Source: Candidatus Latescibacterota bacterium
Lineage (GTDB): Bacteria > Latescibacterota > UBA2968
DNA length: 64,000 nucleotides
Assembly (NCBI GenBank): GCA_965208125.1
Contig: OZ242320.1
Coordinates: 3,392,001 to 3,456,000, forward strand
Direction of reading: 5' to 3'
The position numbers and the translations under genes are program-made. Of this stretch, positions 51,601 to 62,582 are shown piece after piece (the first letter of the stretch is position 1; every line of letters begins with the position of its first letter). The notes beneath the pieces are model-generated. The model had not been told where the DNA came from. It saw only the letters and a program-made list of their open reading frames with translations, and ran no database searches.

Positions 51601-53181
51601 GGTCACCTGGGCAAAGAGCTGTTTGAAGTAGTTGTAGAGCAGGTGTGGTTTGTTGGACAATACCGCCAATGGCGCGTCATTGCCCATTGATCCGACGGGA
51701 TCGCGCCCGATTTTGGACATGGGACCAACAAAAATTTTGAGGTCTTCAAATGTGTATCCAAAAGCCTGTTGCCGCGTGAGTATTTCGGCGTGATTTGTGG
51801 GAGGTGCAATGGGCGCGACTGCGGGCAGGTTTTTGAGCGAAATGAGATGGTCGTCGAGCCATTGCTGGTAGGGATGCTCGGAGACCATTGACTGTTTGAC
51901 TTCGTCGTCGGAAATGATGCGGCCCTTTTTTGTATCGACGAGGAGGATGCGACCGGGTTGCAATCGGCCTTTGTAAGCGATGCGCTCGGGTTCTAAGTCG
52001 CAGACACCTGCCTCGGAACTAAGGATGAGCATATCGTCTTTGGTGACGTAATAACGCGAAGGGCGCAAGCCATTGCGGTCGAGGCAGGCACCCACGATTT
52101 CGCCATCGGTAAAGCCAATAGAAGCCGGGCCATCCCAGGGTTCCATGAGACAGGAATGGTATTCGTAGAAGGCGCGCCTTTCGGGGGTCATACTCTCGTG
52201 GTTTTCCCAGGGTTCGGGAATCATCATGACGGCTGCATGCGCCATTGAGCGGCCAGATAGAGACAGAAATTCAAAGCAGTTGTCAAAGATCGCGGAATCC
52301 GAGCCGTCTTCGTAGAGGATGGGAAATATTTTTTGTACGTCATCACCCCAGAGCGCTGAAGCCAGCATGGCCTGTCGGGTTTTCATCCAGTTTTGATTCC
52401 CGCGCAGGGTATTGATTTCGCCGTTGTGGATGAGGTAGCGATAGGGATGCGACCGTTCCCAGGAGGGAAAGGTGTTGGTGGAAAACCGGGAATGCACGAG
52501 GACAATCGCGGCTTCCATGCGGTGATCTTGCAGGTCGGGATAAAATTCGGGCACCTGCATGGGCGTGAGCATGCCTTTGTACACAATGGTGCGCGACGAC
52601 AAGCTGGGGATATAAAAATTTTCGTCGTGCCCGGCATAGCGGATCGTATTGGTGGCGCGCTTGCGAATGACGTAGAGTTTGCGTTCAAATGCCCTGGAGT
52701 CGGGCAAGTCGGCACTGCGACCAATGAAAATTTGCCACACAACGGGTTCACAGGATCTGGAAGTGAGGCCCAGATAGAAATTGTCGGTGGGCACTTTGCG
52801 CCAGCCCAGAATTTCTTGCCCTTCTTCGCGGACAATATCCTCGATAATTTGACGCGTTTTTTGGCGGATGGACCGATCCTCATGATCGGTCATGAAAATC
52901 ATGCCAACTCCGTATTGACCGGGATCTGGTATATCAATACCAACACCCTTGCAGGCGTGTTCAAAGAATCGATGAGGAATTTGCATCAAAATGCCAGCGC
53001 CGTCGCCCGTGTTGTCTTCGGCACCGCGCGCGCCCCGGTGGTCGAGACAGACCAGGGACTCGAGGGCCATTTTGACGATCTGGTTGGATTTTTCGCCTTT
53101 GATATTCACGACAAATCCAATGCCACAGGCGTCGCGTTCGTATTTGGGATTGTAGAGTCCGTGCTTGCGAGGATATGCCAT
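48607..53181 (-). CDS. gltB: Glutamate synthase large subunit
   Basis: DACGIG N-terminal Cys; [27 protein letters not shown] and [10 protein letters not shown] motifs. Confidence 0.98.
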   Translation of the reverse strand: MAYPRKHGLYNPKYERDACGIGFVVNIKGEKSNQIVKMALESLVCLDHRGARGAEDNTGDGAGILMQIPHRFFEHACKGVGIDIPDPGQYGVGMIFMTDHEDRSIRQKTRQIIEDIVREEGQEILGWRKVPTDNFYLGLTSRSCEPVVWQIFIGRSADLPDSRAFERKLYVIRKRATNTIRYAGHDENFYIPSLSSRTIVYKGMLTPMQVPEFYPDLQDHRMEAAIVLVHSRFSTNTFPSWERSHPYRYLIHNGEINTLRGNQNWMKTRQAMLASALWGDDVQKIFPILYEDGSDSAIFDNCFEFLSLSGRSMAHAAVMMIPEPWENHESMTPERRAFYEYHSCLMEPWDGPASIGFTDGEIVGACLDRNGLRPSRYYVTKDDMLILSSEAGVCDLEPERIAYKGRLQPGRILLVDTKKGRIISDDEVKQSMVSEHPYQQWLDDHLISLKNLPAVAPIAPPTNHAEILTRQQAFGYTFEDLKIFVGPMSKIGRDPVGSMGNDAPLAVLSNKPHLLYNYFKQLFAQVTNPPLDPLKEEVITSADATIGPERNLLIPEPESCRQIHLDTPVLTNEELEQLRGVDRPGLKATTIPMLFNVADGEAGLEKAMHKLCAEADKAIEGGYTILILSDRGVDKDRAPIPALLAMSGLHHHLIREGTRTKVGIALETGEPREVHHFCLLIGYGAQAINPYMAYESLADMIAEKQLTDIAYRDAVKGYVKSATKGVVKVMAKMGISTIKSYRGAQIFEAVGISKNVIDQYFTWTDSRIDGIGLNVIAREALMRHRDAYPQISVNGSTLDVGGHFQWRQGGEYHLFNPLTIHKLQHATRTNDYAVYKEYATLIDQQAKNLATLRGILDFNYANEPIPIDEVEPVEAITRRFKSGAMSYGSISKEAHEALAIAMNRLGGKSNTGEGGEDPARYTLEPNGDSKNSAIKQVASGRFGVTSNYLVNAKELQIKMAQGAKPGEGGELPGNKVYPWIASVRHSTPGVELISPPPHHDIYSIEDLAQLIHDLKNANHHARINVKLVAEINVGIVAAGVSKGHGDVVLISGLDGGTGASPQTSIKHAGLPWEFGVAETHQTLVLNNLRSRIIVETDGQLKTGRDVIIAALLGAEEFGFATTALVAMGCIMMRVCHLDTCPVGVATQHPELRKKFMGDPDQVVNFLRFIAQDMREIMAQLGVRTIDELIGRTDLLHQAKTDHWKAKYLDLSPILEKPDADPNIGRYCQIEQDHGLENAMDNQILLELCEPALKDGSKVRAKFDIKNTNRVVGTILGSEITRRFGPDGLPEDTVDITFEGSAGQSFAAFTPPGITFRLEGDANDYFGKGLCGSKLIVYPRKGSTFQAEDNIIIGNVSFYGATNGQAFIRGQAGERFCVRNSGVSAVVEGVGDHGCEYMTGGMAVILGKTGRNFAAGMSGGIAYVLDEDGDFHIRCNPELVDLEPVQNDEDIEELKSMITKHADYTESSVAQHILVHWDDMLPKFVKVFPKPYKRILSAYETAQQEGLKGEDAWLEAFRRGVEVEA

Positions 53182-53210
53182 AAAAAATGTTCCTTAATCA
53201 CATGGCGCGA

Positions 53211-53243
53211 AAATGCCAGAACCGCGATCCGGCCCTGGCATTT
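53211..53243 (-). terminator. Possible hairpin/terminator between ferredoxin and gltB
   Basis: AAATGCCAG...CTGGCATTT stem with a short T run. Confidence 0.4.
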
Positions 53244-53267
53244 GAAAACCGGTTATTTTGTTAGACG

Positions 53268-53531
53268 CTATTCAAAGGCGACTGCATTGATTTCGATGTA
53301 TTCCAACCATTCGTCGGGGGTATCTTCTTCGGCGAAGATCGCTTCAACCGGGCATTCGGGTTCACAGGCTCCGCAGTCGATGCATTCTTCGGGGTGAATA
53401 TAGAGCATATTGAGGCGTTCATCTTCCGGCAAATCGGTTGCATCGGGTTCGTAGATGCAGTCCACCGGACAAACTTCCACACAGGCCTTGTCCATAACAT
53501 CAATGCATGGCTCTGCGATAATATAGGCCAT
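53268..53531 (-). CDS. 7Fe-type ferredoxin ([3Fe-4S][4Fe-4S], FdxA-like)
   Basis: [26 protein letters not shown]...[17 protein letters not shown]. Confidence 0.93.
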   Translation of the reverse strand: MAYIIAEPCIDVMDKACVEVCPVDCIYEPDATDLPEDERLNMLYIHPEECIDCGACEPECPVEAIFAEEDTPDEWLEYIEINAVAFE

Positions 53532-53667
53532 TTTATTTTTCCTTTCCTTTGCTATTGTTCCGACTCATCCGGCGTTGACTTTGCCAAATATACTTATTTG
53601 GTTAGCTTTGTCAAGTATTGTAAGTTAAAATTATGATTGCAGGTACACAAAAGAAGACATTTTACTT

Positions 53668-54231
53668 TTAAGATAGATTCTCGAGGAGTTTTGCAACGGA
53701 CCAATCGCCCTCTGCGCGAATGTCCAGGGTGAATCGTTGCTTGGCATCTTTCCTGCGTTCGGCAGCCACCTCTGAACCGTTGTAAAGCTGGTGCAAAAAC
53801 GCCTGGAGATCGTCATTTATGGCGTTGTGCGTGTTTTTGGTGTTGGGGGCATTGAGGCGGTCGTTGAGGATGAGCCTGAGTTCATTCCCTCGGAAGGCGA
53901 CCGCTTCTTCTGTTTCAAGGCGCTGGCAGATTGTGCAGGCCGCGCGAACCGCTGAGGATAATTGCTGCGCAAAATTACCTCCGTTGGGTTGCTTGCGGTT
54001 ATAGAGCAGGCCGCGTTTTGCGTCCGTGTCATCAATGCTGATGTCGTATTCGTGACCGATTAGCAGGGTTACAGGACCATTGGGTACGTGACTGTAATCG
54101 GCTGCATCGAGCAGCACATCGGATCCATTGTGTGCTGAAATCCAGTTGTTGAAGGTTTTGAACCAGGTCTCAGGCGCGATATTGTGCCCCTGATCGAGAT
54201 AAAATTTGACACTGATTTTATGGGTTGGCAT
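53668..54231 (-). CDS. Conserved hypothetical protein
   Basis: Starts 9 bp after the reductase stop with a GAAAGG RBS; DAADYSHVPNGP...GLLYNRK...NDRL motifs look conserved. Confidence 0.75.
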   Translation of the reverse strand: MPTHKISVKFYLDQGHNIAPETWFKTFNNWISAHNGSDVLLDAADYSHVPNGPVTLLIGHEYDISIDDTDAKRGLLYNRKQPNGGNFAQQLSSAVRAACTICQRLETEEAVAFRGNELRLILNDRLNAPNTKNTHNAINDDLQAFLHQLYNGSEVAAERRKDAKQRFTLDIRAEGDWSVAKLLENLS

Positions 54232-54240
54232 AATTACCTT

Positions 54241-56469
54241 TCACACCACATTCATTTGACCATAACAGGCATAGGCTTCTTCGATGAAGAGTTGTGCTTC
54301 TTCGACGACCTGGTGGGCAATGTCGCGGGTGTATTCGGCGACTTTCTCTTCGTGAACGCGGAAGAGATAATTGGCAAATTTTGCGCCAGCAAACTGATTG
54401 TAGAACAATTCGGTATCGCAAAAGCGCGTGCGAAATTCTTCGACGATGACATCGGCCTCTTCTGGTACGTCGAGAAACTGCGTTTTGACCAGTGCTTTGG
54501 CGGCGTGCAACATGGCGCTAAAAGCCGTTTTGTACGCGGCTTCGTAGTCGCCTTCCTCCAGGTAAATCTGCGATTCAAAGGATTCGGTTTCGCAGCCGGA
54601 TAGTTCAAATTGCACCAGTGAAACCACTTCGCCAGCGCATTCGCCTTTGCCCATATCGCCGATGGTAAATTCGCGTGTATCGCCCCAGTCCGTATAGTAG
54701 GAGGGGTCTATTTCGTGCATGGGAACCTGCGTGAGGCCCTGAAGCAGGTCTTTGACGTCTTTTTTTCCGATACGCTGAATATAGGCCTGGAAGCTTTCGT
54801 CTTTTTCGCGGTTTTCAACATAATTGCCGGTGATGCGTTCGATGACGGCCGGAATATTTTTGGAGGGAATAGCGCCCATGGCCAGGCCGTAAGAGGCCGC
54901 ATTTTCGGTCCATTGTCCGCCGAGTACGACCTGGAAGTGCGGTACGGTATAGCCATTGATTTTTCGGCTGTTGCCGTAAAACCCGAGATCGGCTACGTGG
55001 TGTTGCCCGCAGGAGTTAAAACACCCGCTGATTTTGATGCGGAAGTTTTTGATGGCGTCGTCGAGTTGGAGATTCTGTTGTGCCAATTGCGTGCGCAATT
55101 CCGCAGCGAGACCGCGCGATGAAGAAATGCCCAATTTGCAGGTGTCGGTGCCCGGGCAGGCGGTAACATCAACGATGGTGCCAGCCCCGGATTCGGCTAA
55201 TTCCAGTTCACAGAGGTCATTGTAGAGCGAAACGACATCGGATTCGCTGACCCACCGCAGGATGATGTTTTGCTCGACGGTGGCGCGAATGGTGTCTTTG
55301 ACGTATTTGCGCGCAATATCGGCCAGATTTCGCATCTGGTCGGATGTGATGTCCCCGAGAGGCAGACATATTGTTGCGACCACATAACCTTTTTGTCGTT
55401 GTTTGTAGATGTTGGTCTCTGCCCAGGCGTCAAATTCTTTGGGACGCGCAACTCCATTGAGGGGAGCCGCGATTTTGAGGGGTTCTTCACCGTAGCTATC
55501 CAGGTCGTCGAGATAGGCTGTCCATGCGGGGTCTTCGGGCATGATTTTGCGTTCTTCTTCGACCAGGCGAATAAATTCTTCGATGCCGAGCTTGGCGACG
55601 AGGAATTTGATGCGCGCACGGGCGCGATTTGTTTTTTCGCCCAGGCGGGCAAAAACGCGGCATATTGCCTGCGCTGTGGGCAGGAGTTCTTCGGGAGGCA
55701 GAAATTCCGAGTAGAGTTTGGCCTGGTGGGGCACGGCTCCTAAGCCGCCGCCGACGTAAGTTTCGAACCCTCGTTTGCCATCTTTGATGCGCGCGATCAT
55801 GCCCATGTCGTGCATGCTGGTCAAACCGCATGCTTCCTGTGCGCATCCGGAAAAGGCGATTTTAAATTTGCGACCAAAGTCCTGGCAGTCGGGGTGTCCG
55901 AGGAGGAAGTTGGCAAGGGCGTGAGAATACGGCGTGACATCGAATGTTTCGGTGTGACACACGCCCGAAAGCGGACAGGCGGTGACATTGCGGATGGAGT
56001 TTCCGCAGGCTTCTCGGGTGGTAATGCCCACGGCGGCGAGGCGGCGCATGAGGTCGGGTGTGTCTTCGATGTGTACGTAGTGGATTTGAATATCCTGGCG
56101 CGTGGTGATGTGCAAAATGCCGTCAGAATATTCTTCGGCTATGTCGGCCAACACATCCATTTGATCGGTGGTAAGACCGCCATAAGGGATTTTGATGCGC
56201 TGCATGCCCGGCGCATCCCAGACTGTGTCTGGACCTTTGAGCAGATCGCCGCTGGGATAGTTGAGTGGTTTGGTTACCAGGCCGTCAAAGCGTTGCCCAT
56301 TGTCGTAGCGCTGGCCGTAAACACCGCGGCGAAGACGGGTTTCTGCAAAGACGCGGTCGTCAATTTGTCCCTGTTTTTTTTGTTCGATCTGCGCTTCAAA
56401 TGTATCGATTTCAGCACCTATATCTTCCGGGATCAAATCGCGCAATTCTTCTTTCCAGTTTGTGGCCAT
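54241..56469 (-). CDS. Ferredoxin-dependent sulfite/nitrite reductase (siroheme) with C-terminal helical extension
   Basis: HITTRQDIQ, GRKFKIAFSGC and CPGTDTCKLG...SGCFNSCG cluster ligands. Confidence 0.9.
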   Translation of the reverse strand: MATNWKEELRDLIPEDIGAEIDTFEAQIEQKKQGQIDDRVFAETRLRRGVYGQRYDNGQRFDGLVTKPLNYPSGDLLKGPDTVWDAPGMQRIKIPYGGLTTDQMDVLADIAEEYSDGILHITTRQDIQIHYVHIEDTPDLMRRLAAVGITTREACGNSIRNVTACPLSGVCHTETFDVTPYSHALANFLLGHPDCQDFGRKFKIAFSGCAQEACGLTSMHDMGMIARIKDGKRGFETYVGGGLGAVPHQAKLYSEFLPPEELLPTAQAICRVFARLGEKTNRARARIKFLVAKLGIEEFIRLVEEERKIMPEDPAWTAYLDDLDSYGEEPLKIAAPLNGVARPKEFDAWAETNIYKQRQKGYVVATICLPLGDITSDQMRNLADIARKYVKDTIRATVEQNIILRWVSESDVVSLYNDLCELELAESGAGTIVDVTACPGTDTCKLGISSSRGLAAELRTQLAQQNLQLDDAIKNFRIKISGCFNSCGQHHVADLGFYGNSRKINGYTVPHFQVVLGGQWTENAASYGLAMGAIPSKNIPAVIERITGNYVENREKDESFQAYIQRIGKKDVKDLLQGLTQVPMHEIDPSYYTDWGDTREFTIGDMGKGECAGEVVSLVQFELSGCETESFESQIYLEEGDYEAAYKTAFSAMLHAAKALVKTQFLDVPEEADVIVEEFRTRFCDTELFYNQFAGAKFANYLFRVHEEKVAEYTRDIAHQVVEEAQLFIEEAYACYGQMNVV

Positions 56470-56553
56470 GATATATCACCTGTAGTTAGGAGATTTTTGG
56501 TTGAGCATGATCAAAAATGAATTTGAAACTTAGTGTATTATGGGGATTTGTCA

Positions 56554-56653
56554 AGGGTAAAAGGTAAGAGGTGAGGCGTAAGAGGTAAGTGGGCTACCGC
56601 ACACAGGCAGATGCCTTTTCGCACTTCACACTTTATACTTCCCTCTTCCCCTT
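56554..56653. repeat. Two arms of heptamer repeats (purine-rich then pyrimidine-rich)
   Basis: agggtaa aaggtaa gaggtga ggcgtaa gaggtaa ... ttcgcac ttcacac tttatac ttccctc ttcccct. Confidence 0.7.
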
Positions 56654-57695
56654 ATCCCCCGATTTGATACATTTCGATTTTGCGAGTTGCAGGGGTGTGT
56701 TCAGAGCGGATTTCGGAGTAGCGGTCCGTGCGGTGGCGCCATATCCGGGTGATCTGGTCGCGGAGGTCGGCGTTGGACGCGCCTCGTCGCAGGACATTGC
56801 GCAGGTCTGTTCCCTCTGAGGCGAAGAGGCAGGTGTAGAGTTTGCCGTCGGTGGATAAGCGGGCGCGCGTACAGTCGCCGCAAAAGGGCTGTGTGACAGA
56901 GGCAATGATGCCTATTTCACCGCCGCCGTCGAGATAGCGATAGCGTTTTGCGACTTCGCCTGTGTAGTTTGGGTCAAGAGGCTTGAGAGGTAAGACTGTG
57001 TGAATGCGATCGATAATTTCTGCGGCGGGCACGACCTGATCCATGTTCCAGTTGTTGCGATTGCCAACGTCCATAAACTCGATGAATCGCAGGATGTGTC
57101 CCGTGTTGTGGAAGTGTTGGGCGAGGTCGATAACGAGGTGATCGTTGATGCCTTTTTGTACGACTGCGTTAATTTTTATGGCTTGAAAGCCCGCCTTTTC
57201 AGCAGCGCGGATGCCTCCGAGTACGCGCTCGGTGCCATGGGTGCGACCACTCATGAGATTAAAGGTCTGGTCGTCAATCGCGTCGAGGCTCACGGTGAGG
57301 CGGTGCAGACCGGCGTTTTTGAGGCTCTGAGCTTTGGTGTCGAGGAGATAGCCATTGGTGGTGAGGGTGAGGTCTTGTACGCCGTTGATTTGCGAGAGTT
57401 TGGCGATGAGGGTTTCGAGGTCTCGGCGCAGGAGGGGTTCACCGCCGGTGACCCGGATCTTGGTGACACCGAGATCGACAAAAATTCTGGCGAGGCGGGT
57501 GATTTCTTCAAAGGTGAGGATTTCTGCTTTGGGAAGAAATTCGTATTTTTCGCCAAAAATCTCGGCGGGCATGCAGTAGGGGCAGCGGAAATTGCATTTG
57601 TCGGTGACCGAGATACGCAGGTCGCGGATGGGGCGTTGCAATGTGTCGAGGAGATCGGACATTGGAATATTATTTAGAATTTCAAGATTGTCCAT
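56652..57695 (-). CDS. moaA: GTP 3',8-cyclase MoaA
   Basis: LRISVTDKCNFRCPYC, PFCGDCTRARL and C-terminal IGG. The start may be the Met at 57665. Confidence 0.96.
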   Translation of the reverse strand: MDNLEILNNIPMSDLLDTLQRPIRDLRISVTDKCNFRCPYCMPAEIFGEKYEFLPKAEILTFEEITRLARIFVDLGVTKIRVTGGEPLLRRDLETLIAKLSQINGVQDLTLTTNGYLLDTKAQSLKNAGLHRLTVSLDAIDDQTFNLMSGRTHGTERVLGGIRAAEKAGFQAIKINAVVQKGINDHLVIDLAQHFHNTGHILRFIEFMDVGNRNNWNMDQVVPAAEIIDRIHTVLPLKPLDPNYTGEVAKRYRYLDGGGEIGIIASVTQPFCGDCTRARLSTDGKLYTCLFASEGTDLRNVLRRGASNADLRDQITRIWRHRTDRYSEIRSEHTPATRKIEMYQIGG

Positions 57696-58690
57696 ACGGG
57701 CACGTGATCCGAAGCAAAGTCGCCGCGTGTGGTATAGACGATTTCGCCGTCAGAGAAGCGGATGCGTGAGCGGGTTCCTTTCACGGCTTCGGCGTGGGTG
57801 AAAATACCCGATGATTGGACGTGATCCTTCAGGTTTTGGGACACGAGGATTTGGTCAAAAAGAATTGCTTTGACTTTGACGTCCCGGGCAAAATTGTGTG
57901 GTTTGTCCCGCCATTTGTTGTTTTCTGCGCGCGCACCTGAGACCATGGGCTCAAAGATATCGCTTTCGATTTTTTCATAGATATCGTGGTATCCATAAGA
58001 ACAATAGTCCCGATCTAACAGGCTCTCGGATGTGTTGTAGAGAAATGCATCGGGCACCTGGTCAATTCCGGGAAACGCGTCGGGATTGCCGGATTCGAGA
58101 ATGTTGAGCGATCGATCGTCGGGGTTGTCGTTGAAGTCGCCGAGTAATACAATGTGATCGTATTTCACGCGGCTGGTGAGATAGCGCATGGTCATGGTCG
58201 CGCTGGCTTCTCGGCGCGCATTGGTTTTTGCACGACCTCCTGATCGCGATTTGGCGTGGTGAACCAGAACAATCAAGCGGCGGCCATATCCTTCGACATA
58301 AGCCTGGAGGAGATCGCGTTTGCGTGGAAATGCCTGGTCGTGTACTTTTTCTGGAAAGACCATTTTGAGGTCGGTAATTTCAAATGGCTCGCGCACAGCT
58401 ATGGCGAGTTCCTGGAGTTCTTCGGGATCATCGAGCATGCCAATGGTATAGTTGTCGGGCAAAATGCGCTCGAGCGCGGATTTTGATTGGATTTCCTGAA
58501 AGCCGATGATGTCCGCATTGAGTTCGCGTACAACGGTTTGTAGGCGTTCCTGGCGCGCATTGGAAATGCCATCGTCGAGCCAATAGATGTTGTAAGTCGC
58601 AATCTTGATCTCGGCGGGCTGTGGACCACACGCAAAAAATAGAAGCAGAATCAGGGAGGCGAGATATGTCATCCGTACATGTTTTTGCAT
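57674..58690 (-). CDS. Exported endonuclease/exonuclease/phosphatase (EEP) family lipoprotein
   Basis: Lipobox FFAC; TYN, FQEI, GDFND and SDH.PV motifs. Confidence 0.87.
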   Translation of the reverse strand: MQKHVRMTYLASLILLLFFACGPQPAEIKIATYNIYWLDDGISNARQERLQTVVRELNADIIGFQEIQSKSALERILPDNYTIGMLDDPEELQELAIAVREPFEITDLKMVFPEKVHDQAFPRKRDLLQAYVEGYGRRLIVLVHHAKSRSGGRAKTNARREASATMTMRYLTSRVKYDHIVLLGDFNDNPDDRSLNILESGNPDAFPGIDQVPDAFLYNTSESLLDRDYCSYGYHDIYEKIESDIFEPMVSGARAENNKWRDKPHNFARDVKVKAILFDQILVSQNLKDHVQSSGIFTHAEAVKGTRSRIRFSDGEIVYTTRGDFASDHVPVWTILKF

Positions 58691-58748
58691 GCAAATCTCC
58701 AGATAGGGTCAGGATAGAGCTATCTGCCCAATAATATACACGATTGCG

Positions 58749-58787
58749 AAAAAAATAAAAGGGCGACGGTATAAACCGCCGCCCTTT
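58749..58787 (-). terminator. Intrinsic terminator after smc
   Basis: GGGCGGCGGT-ttat-ACCGTCGCCC followed by a T-rich run on the minus strand. Confidence 0.8.
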
Positions 58788-58807
58788 GTGTTATCCGGGG
58801 TCGGGTA

Positions 58808-61800
58808 TCAATCGTCATCTGCGGGTTGTGCTACGGCTTCGGTGAACGAGTCAACACTATCGACCTGGTTTTCGCTATCGCTGGATATTTTGACGGAAAC
58901 GAGCCTGGAGACGCCGGGTTCTTCCATGGTCACGCCGTGCAGGGTTTCGCCAGATTCCATTGTCCCTTTGTTGTGGGTGACAACGATGAACTGTGATTGT
59001 TTGGAGAATTTTTGGATGACTTTTACGAAGCGCGCGATATTGGCATCATCGAGGGGCGCATCGACCTCGTCGAGGACGCAAAAGGGACTGGGTTTGACCA
59101 GGTAAATTGCAAAGAGAAGGGCAATGGCCGTCAGCGCGCGCTCTCCGCCCGAAAGCAGGTTAATGCTCTGAAGGCGCTTGCCCCATGGACGCGCTGTGAT
59201 GATGATGGGCGCCTCGAGGGGATCTTCGTCGGGAGGCATGGTCAGATCGGCTTCGCCACCTTCAAAAAATTCCTGGAATGTGGTCTGGAAATTTTCGCGA
59301 ATGCGGCCAAAGGTGTCGAGAAAGCGCTGGCGCGCCGTGCGGTCAATGCGCGTGATGGTGCGCTTGACGATTTCTTCGGCTTCCAGAAGGTCGTCGCGCT
59401 GGTGCGTGAGAAATTCGAGGCGTTCTTTTTGGACTTCGTACTCTTCGAGTGCCGCCAGGTTGACAGACCCCATGCGCCGCATACGCTCTTGCAATTCGTG
59501 GGTCTTTTTTTCTGCCATATCCGCGTTAAATTCGGGATCCTGAAAACGCCCTTGTTCGACGATATCGACTTCGTAATCGCGCTTGAGGCGTTGGATAATT
59601 CCCTCGCCGCGCTCTTTGATATGCGCCATGGCGACTTGAATTTCGCTCAAACGCTCGCGGTGTTGTGTTGTGCGGCGGTTCTTTTCGCGCAACTTTTCTT
59701 CAATGGTGCGCGCAGCCATCACGATTTCGTGTTGTCTGTGCGCTTGTGCATCGCGTTTGTGTTCAATGCGGGATTGTTGCTTGTGCAGGGCTTCCAGTTC
59801 GCCCGACGCTGTTCCGATGCTCTCTTCGCGTCCTTGTTTGCGTTTTTGGCTTTCATCGGCCTCGGCGGACAAGCGCTCGGTTTCGCGGGCAATAGCTTCT
59901 CGCTCTCGGCCCTGGCGTACGGCCTCGTGTGCGAGACTTTCGATGCGTTCTTTCAAAGAGGCGATTTCCACGCGTACAGCGGCGACGCCATCTTGAAGTA
60001 CGCGCCGCTGGTGTTCTTTTTCCCGCAAGTCTTCATCGGCACGGCGAACCACGTCTTCGAGGGTCTCTCGCTTGGCGTCGAGCTTTGTTTGCGCTTTCTC
60101 GGCCTGGGAAATCAAATGCATCAATTCGCTTTCTCGCTTGGCAAGTTGTGCAGCCTCCTGGTCGAGTTCTGTTACAGCTCGAGCCTGGCGTTTGGCTTCT
60201 GTTTCGGCGTTTTGCCGGTCTCTTTGAAGGCCCGCACGGCGGTTGTGCAAATCGGCCAATGTGTTATCGCAGGCTTCGATTTGCGCGAGGTGTTTGTCGA
60301 GTGTTTTGAGCGTGCGTGTCAGTTGTGTTTCGCACTTTGAGAGTGCGGTTTGGGCGGATTCTATGGCTGACTGGAGGTCGTCAATTTGTTGCTGGCGACC
60401 AATGAGCCCCGATTCTGAGGTTGCATCTGCACCGCCATATACCGTGCCATCGGCGGAAAAAACTTCGCCGCTGAGTGTCACAATTTCAATGCCTTTAGCA
60501 TGCATGGCACCACTGTGAACAATCGCGGTTTGTGCATCGCTTACAATCAGAGTATGGCGCAACAGCGCAGATACGGCACCGTGTATATCGCGCTGTGGAT
60601 TTAACAGATCGCTTGCCAGCCCGACAATCCCCTCTCCATTGGGTACATCGCAAGGTGTACCATTGGTAGAGATGATGCGTTCGAGGGGCAAAAATGCAGC
60701 AGCACCGTGCTCTCCTTGTCTGAGAAAATCAATAGCCCAACGCGCGTCGTCGGTATTGCTGACGATCAAACATTCCAGTGCACGCCCCAGCGCAGCTTCA
60801 ATGGCGGTGATGTATTCTGGCTCGACATCGATCATATCGGCGACGACACCCTGTATGTGATTGGAAAAAGGCGAATCGACAGCCAGGGCACGCACGCCTT
60901 TGGAATAACCTTCAAAGCCCTCTCTCAGTTTTTGGAGAAGGGTGATCCGCGCCTGATCGGCTTCGATATTTGCGCGCAAGCGGTTACGCGATTCGATTTG
61001 TTCGTCTCGCTGGGCAATACAGCGATCTCGACCGTCGATCTGTTGTTGTCGTTCTTCTGTGCGTTGGGCAATTTGACTTTCAACTGCGGCGATTTGTTCT
61101 GCGGACTGATAGGCAGTTTCGTCAGCCTCCAGGCGGCGTGCAGCCACGCGCTCAATATCCTGAGTCAATCGCGCTTTGCGCTGTACAATGCCTTCGCGCT
61201 CGGCCTGCATGCGCTCGAGGGCTTTGCCCTGATCGCTATTTTGGCGCAATAGATCCATCAACTGAGATTTTTGGGCATCAACTTGTGTGCGTTGTGTGTC
61301 CAGATCCCGGATTTCTGATTCGAGTTTGGCGGTTTCCTCTTCGAGTTTCGCTTCTGAGGATTTGAGCCTTTTACCGGCTTCACGCCCGTCTTGTTCGGCA
61401 GCTTTTTGGCCTTTTTGGGCGTTGTCAAGACGCACCTTGAGCGATTTTTGCTGATACTCGGCGCGTTCTAAAAATGCGTGAATGTTGCGTAACTCTTCGC
61501 GTGCAACGAGTATCTCGCTGTCTTTGCTGTGTACGCGCTCAATGTGTTGCGATAGCTCGATATTGGCCTCGGCCAGTGCGCGATCCTGATCGGTTAGTTC
61601 GGCGCGCATTTCTTCGAGTTGGGCCTCGAGAGTGGTCATGTCGGTTTCTGAAATTTCGATGTCTTCTTTGAGGAAGACCATTTCCTCGCGCAGCGGTCCA
61701 GATTGGTCGGCAAGGTCGAAGTATTGGAATCGCGCCAGTTTGATTTCGAGGTCGCGCAATTCATCTGATAGTGTTTTATAGAGCCTTGCTTTGCGCTCTT

Positions 61801-62422
61801 GTCGCTGTAGCGATGCGACCTGGCGCTGGATTTCTCCGAGCCAATCTTCCATTCTCTGCAGGTCTTGTTGTACGGCGATGAGCCTGTTCCACGCAGATCG
61901 CCGGCGAATTTTATACCGCGTTACACCAGCGGCTTCTTCAAAGCACCGGCGGCGTTCTTCGGCGTTGTCGCTGATGATCTCATCCACCATGCCCTGTTCA
62001 ATAACATAGGAAGACTGCGTGCCCAGGCCGGTGTCCATCAGCAAGTTTTGAATGTCTTTCAGGCGGCACGGAATTTTATTGAGCAGGTAGTCGCTTTCGC
62101 CGGATCGGAACAAACGACGGGTAATTGTGACTTCGGAAAATTCGGTGGGCAAAACTTTTTGTGAATTATCGAGTGTGAGCGATACTTCGGCCATACCGAG
62201 GGGTTTGCGCGAGCGCGTACCGGAAAAAATCACATCTCCCATACTGCCGCTGCGCAAAGATCGGGGGCGCTGTTCGCCCAGTGCCCAGCGCAGGGCATCG
62301 ACTACATTGGACTTGCCACAACCATTTGGTCCCACGACACATGTGAAGCCTTTTTGGAGGGGCATATCGAGCTTTTGTGCAAAGGACTTAAAACCCAGTG
62401 CTTGCAAACGAGTCAGGTGCAA
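58808..62422 (-). CDS. smc: Chromosome segregation protein SMC
   Basis: GFKSF, GPNGCGKSN, coiled coils with a hinge, LSGGE and LDEVDAPLD motifs. TTG start after AGGAGG. Confidence 0.97.
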   Translation of the reverse strand: MHLTRLQALGFKSFAQKLDMPLQKGFTCVVGPNGCGKSNVVDALRWALGEQRPRSLRSGSMGDVIFSGTRSRKPLGMAEVSLTLDNSQKVLPTEFSEVTITRRLFRSGESDYLLNKIPCRLKDIQNLLMDTGLGTQSSYVIEQGMVDEIISDNAEERRRCFEEAAGVTRYKIRRRSAWNRLIAVQQDLQRMEDWLGEIQRQVASLQRQERKARLYKTLSDELRDLEIKLARFQYFDLADQSGPLREEMVFLKEDIEISETDMTTLEAQLEEMRAELTDQDRALAEANIELSQHIERVHSKDSEILVAREELRNIHAFLERAEYQQKSLKVRLDNAQKGQKAAEQDGREAGKRLKSSEAKLEEETAKLESEIRDLDTQRTQVDAQKSQLMDLLRQNSDQGKALERMQAEREGIVQRKARLTQDIERVAARRLEADETAYQSAEQIAAVESQIAQRTEERQQQIDGRDRCIAQRDEQIESRNRLRANIEADQARITLLQKLREGFEGYSKGVRALAVDSPFSNHIQGVVADMIDVEPEYITAIEAALGRALECLIVSNTDDARWAIDFLRQGEHGAAAFLPLERIISTNGTPCDVPNGEGIVGLASDLLNPQRDIHGAVSALLRHTLIVSDAQTAIVHSGAMHAKGIEIVTLSGEVFSADGTVYGGADATSESGLIGRQQQIDDLQSAIESAQTALSKCETQLTRTLKTLDKHLAQIEACDNTLADLHNRRAGLQRDRQNAETEAKRQARAVTELDQEAAQLAKRESELMHLISQAEKAQTKLDAKRETLEDVVRRADEDLREKEHQRRVLQDGVAAVRVEIASLKERIESLAHEAVRQGREREAIARETERLSAEADESQKRKQGREESIGTASGELEALHKQQSRIEHKRDAQAHRQHEIVMAARTIEEKLREKNRRTTQHRERLSEIQVAMAHIKERGEGIIQRLKRDYEVDIVEQGRFQDPEFNADMAEKKTHELQERMRRMGSVNLAALEEYEVQKERLEFLTHQRDDLLEAEEIVKRTITRIDRTARQRFLDTFGRIRENFQTTFQEFFEGGEADLTMPPDEDPLEAPIIITARPWGKRLQSINLLSGGERALTAIALLFAIYLVKPSPFCVLDEVDAPLDDANIARFVKVIQKFSKQSQFIVVTHNKGTMESGETLHGVTMEEPGVSRLVSVKISSDSENQVDSVDSFTEAVAQPADDD

Positions 62423-62582
62423 TGAAAACCTCCTACTCGAATTCTTCTAAGATCATAAAACGCGAAAAAATAGGGGTATATGGCAATAAAAGTCAGGACA
62501 CTTGTGTGTCAAAACTCAATGGGGAAAATAGAGGACGCACTTTTGGACTGCGTTTAAACACAGCAGCCCGGGGAGATTCGGG

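Noticed and set aside
58997-60340. 447-aa ORF antisense to smc
   Set aside because: Shadow ORF with no recognisable domain.
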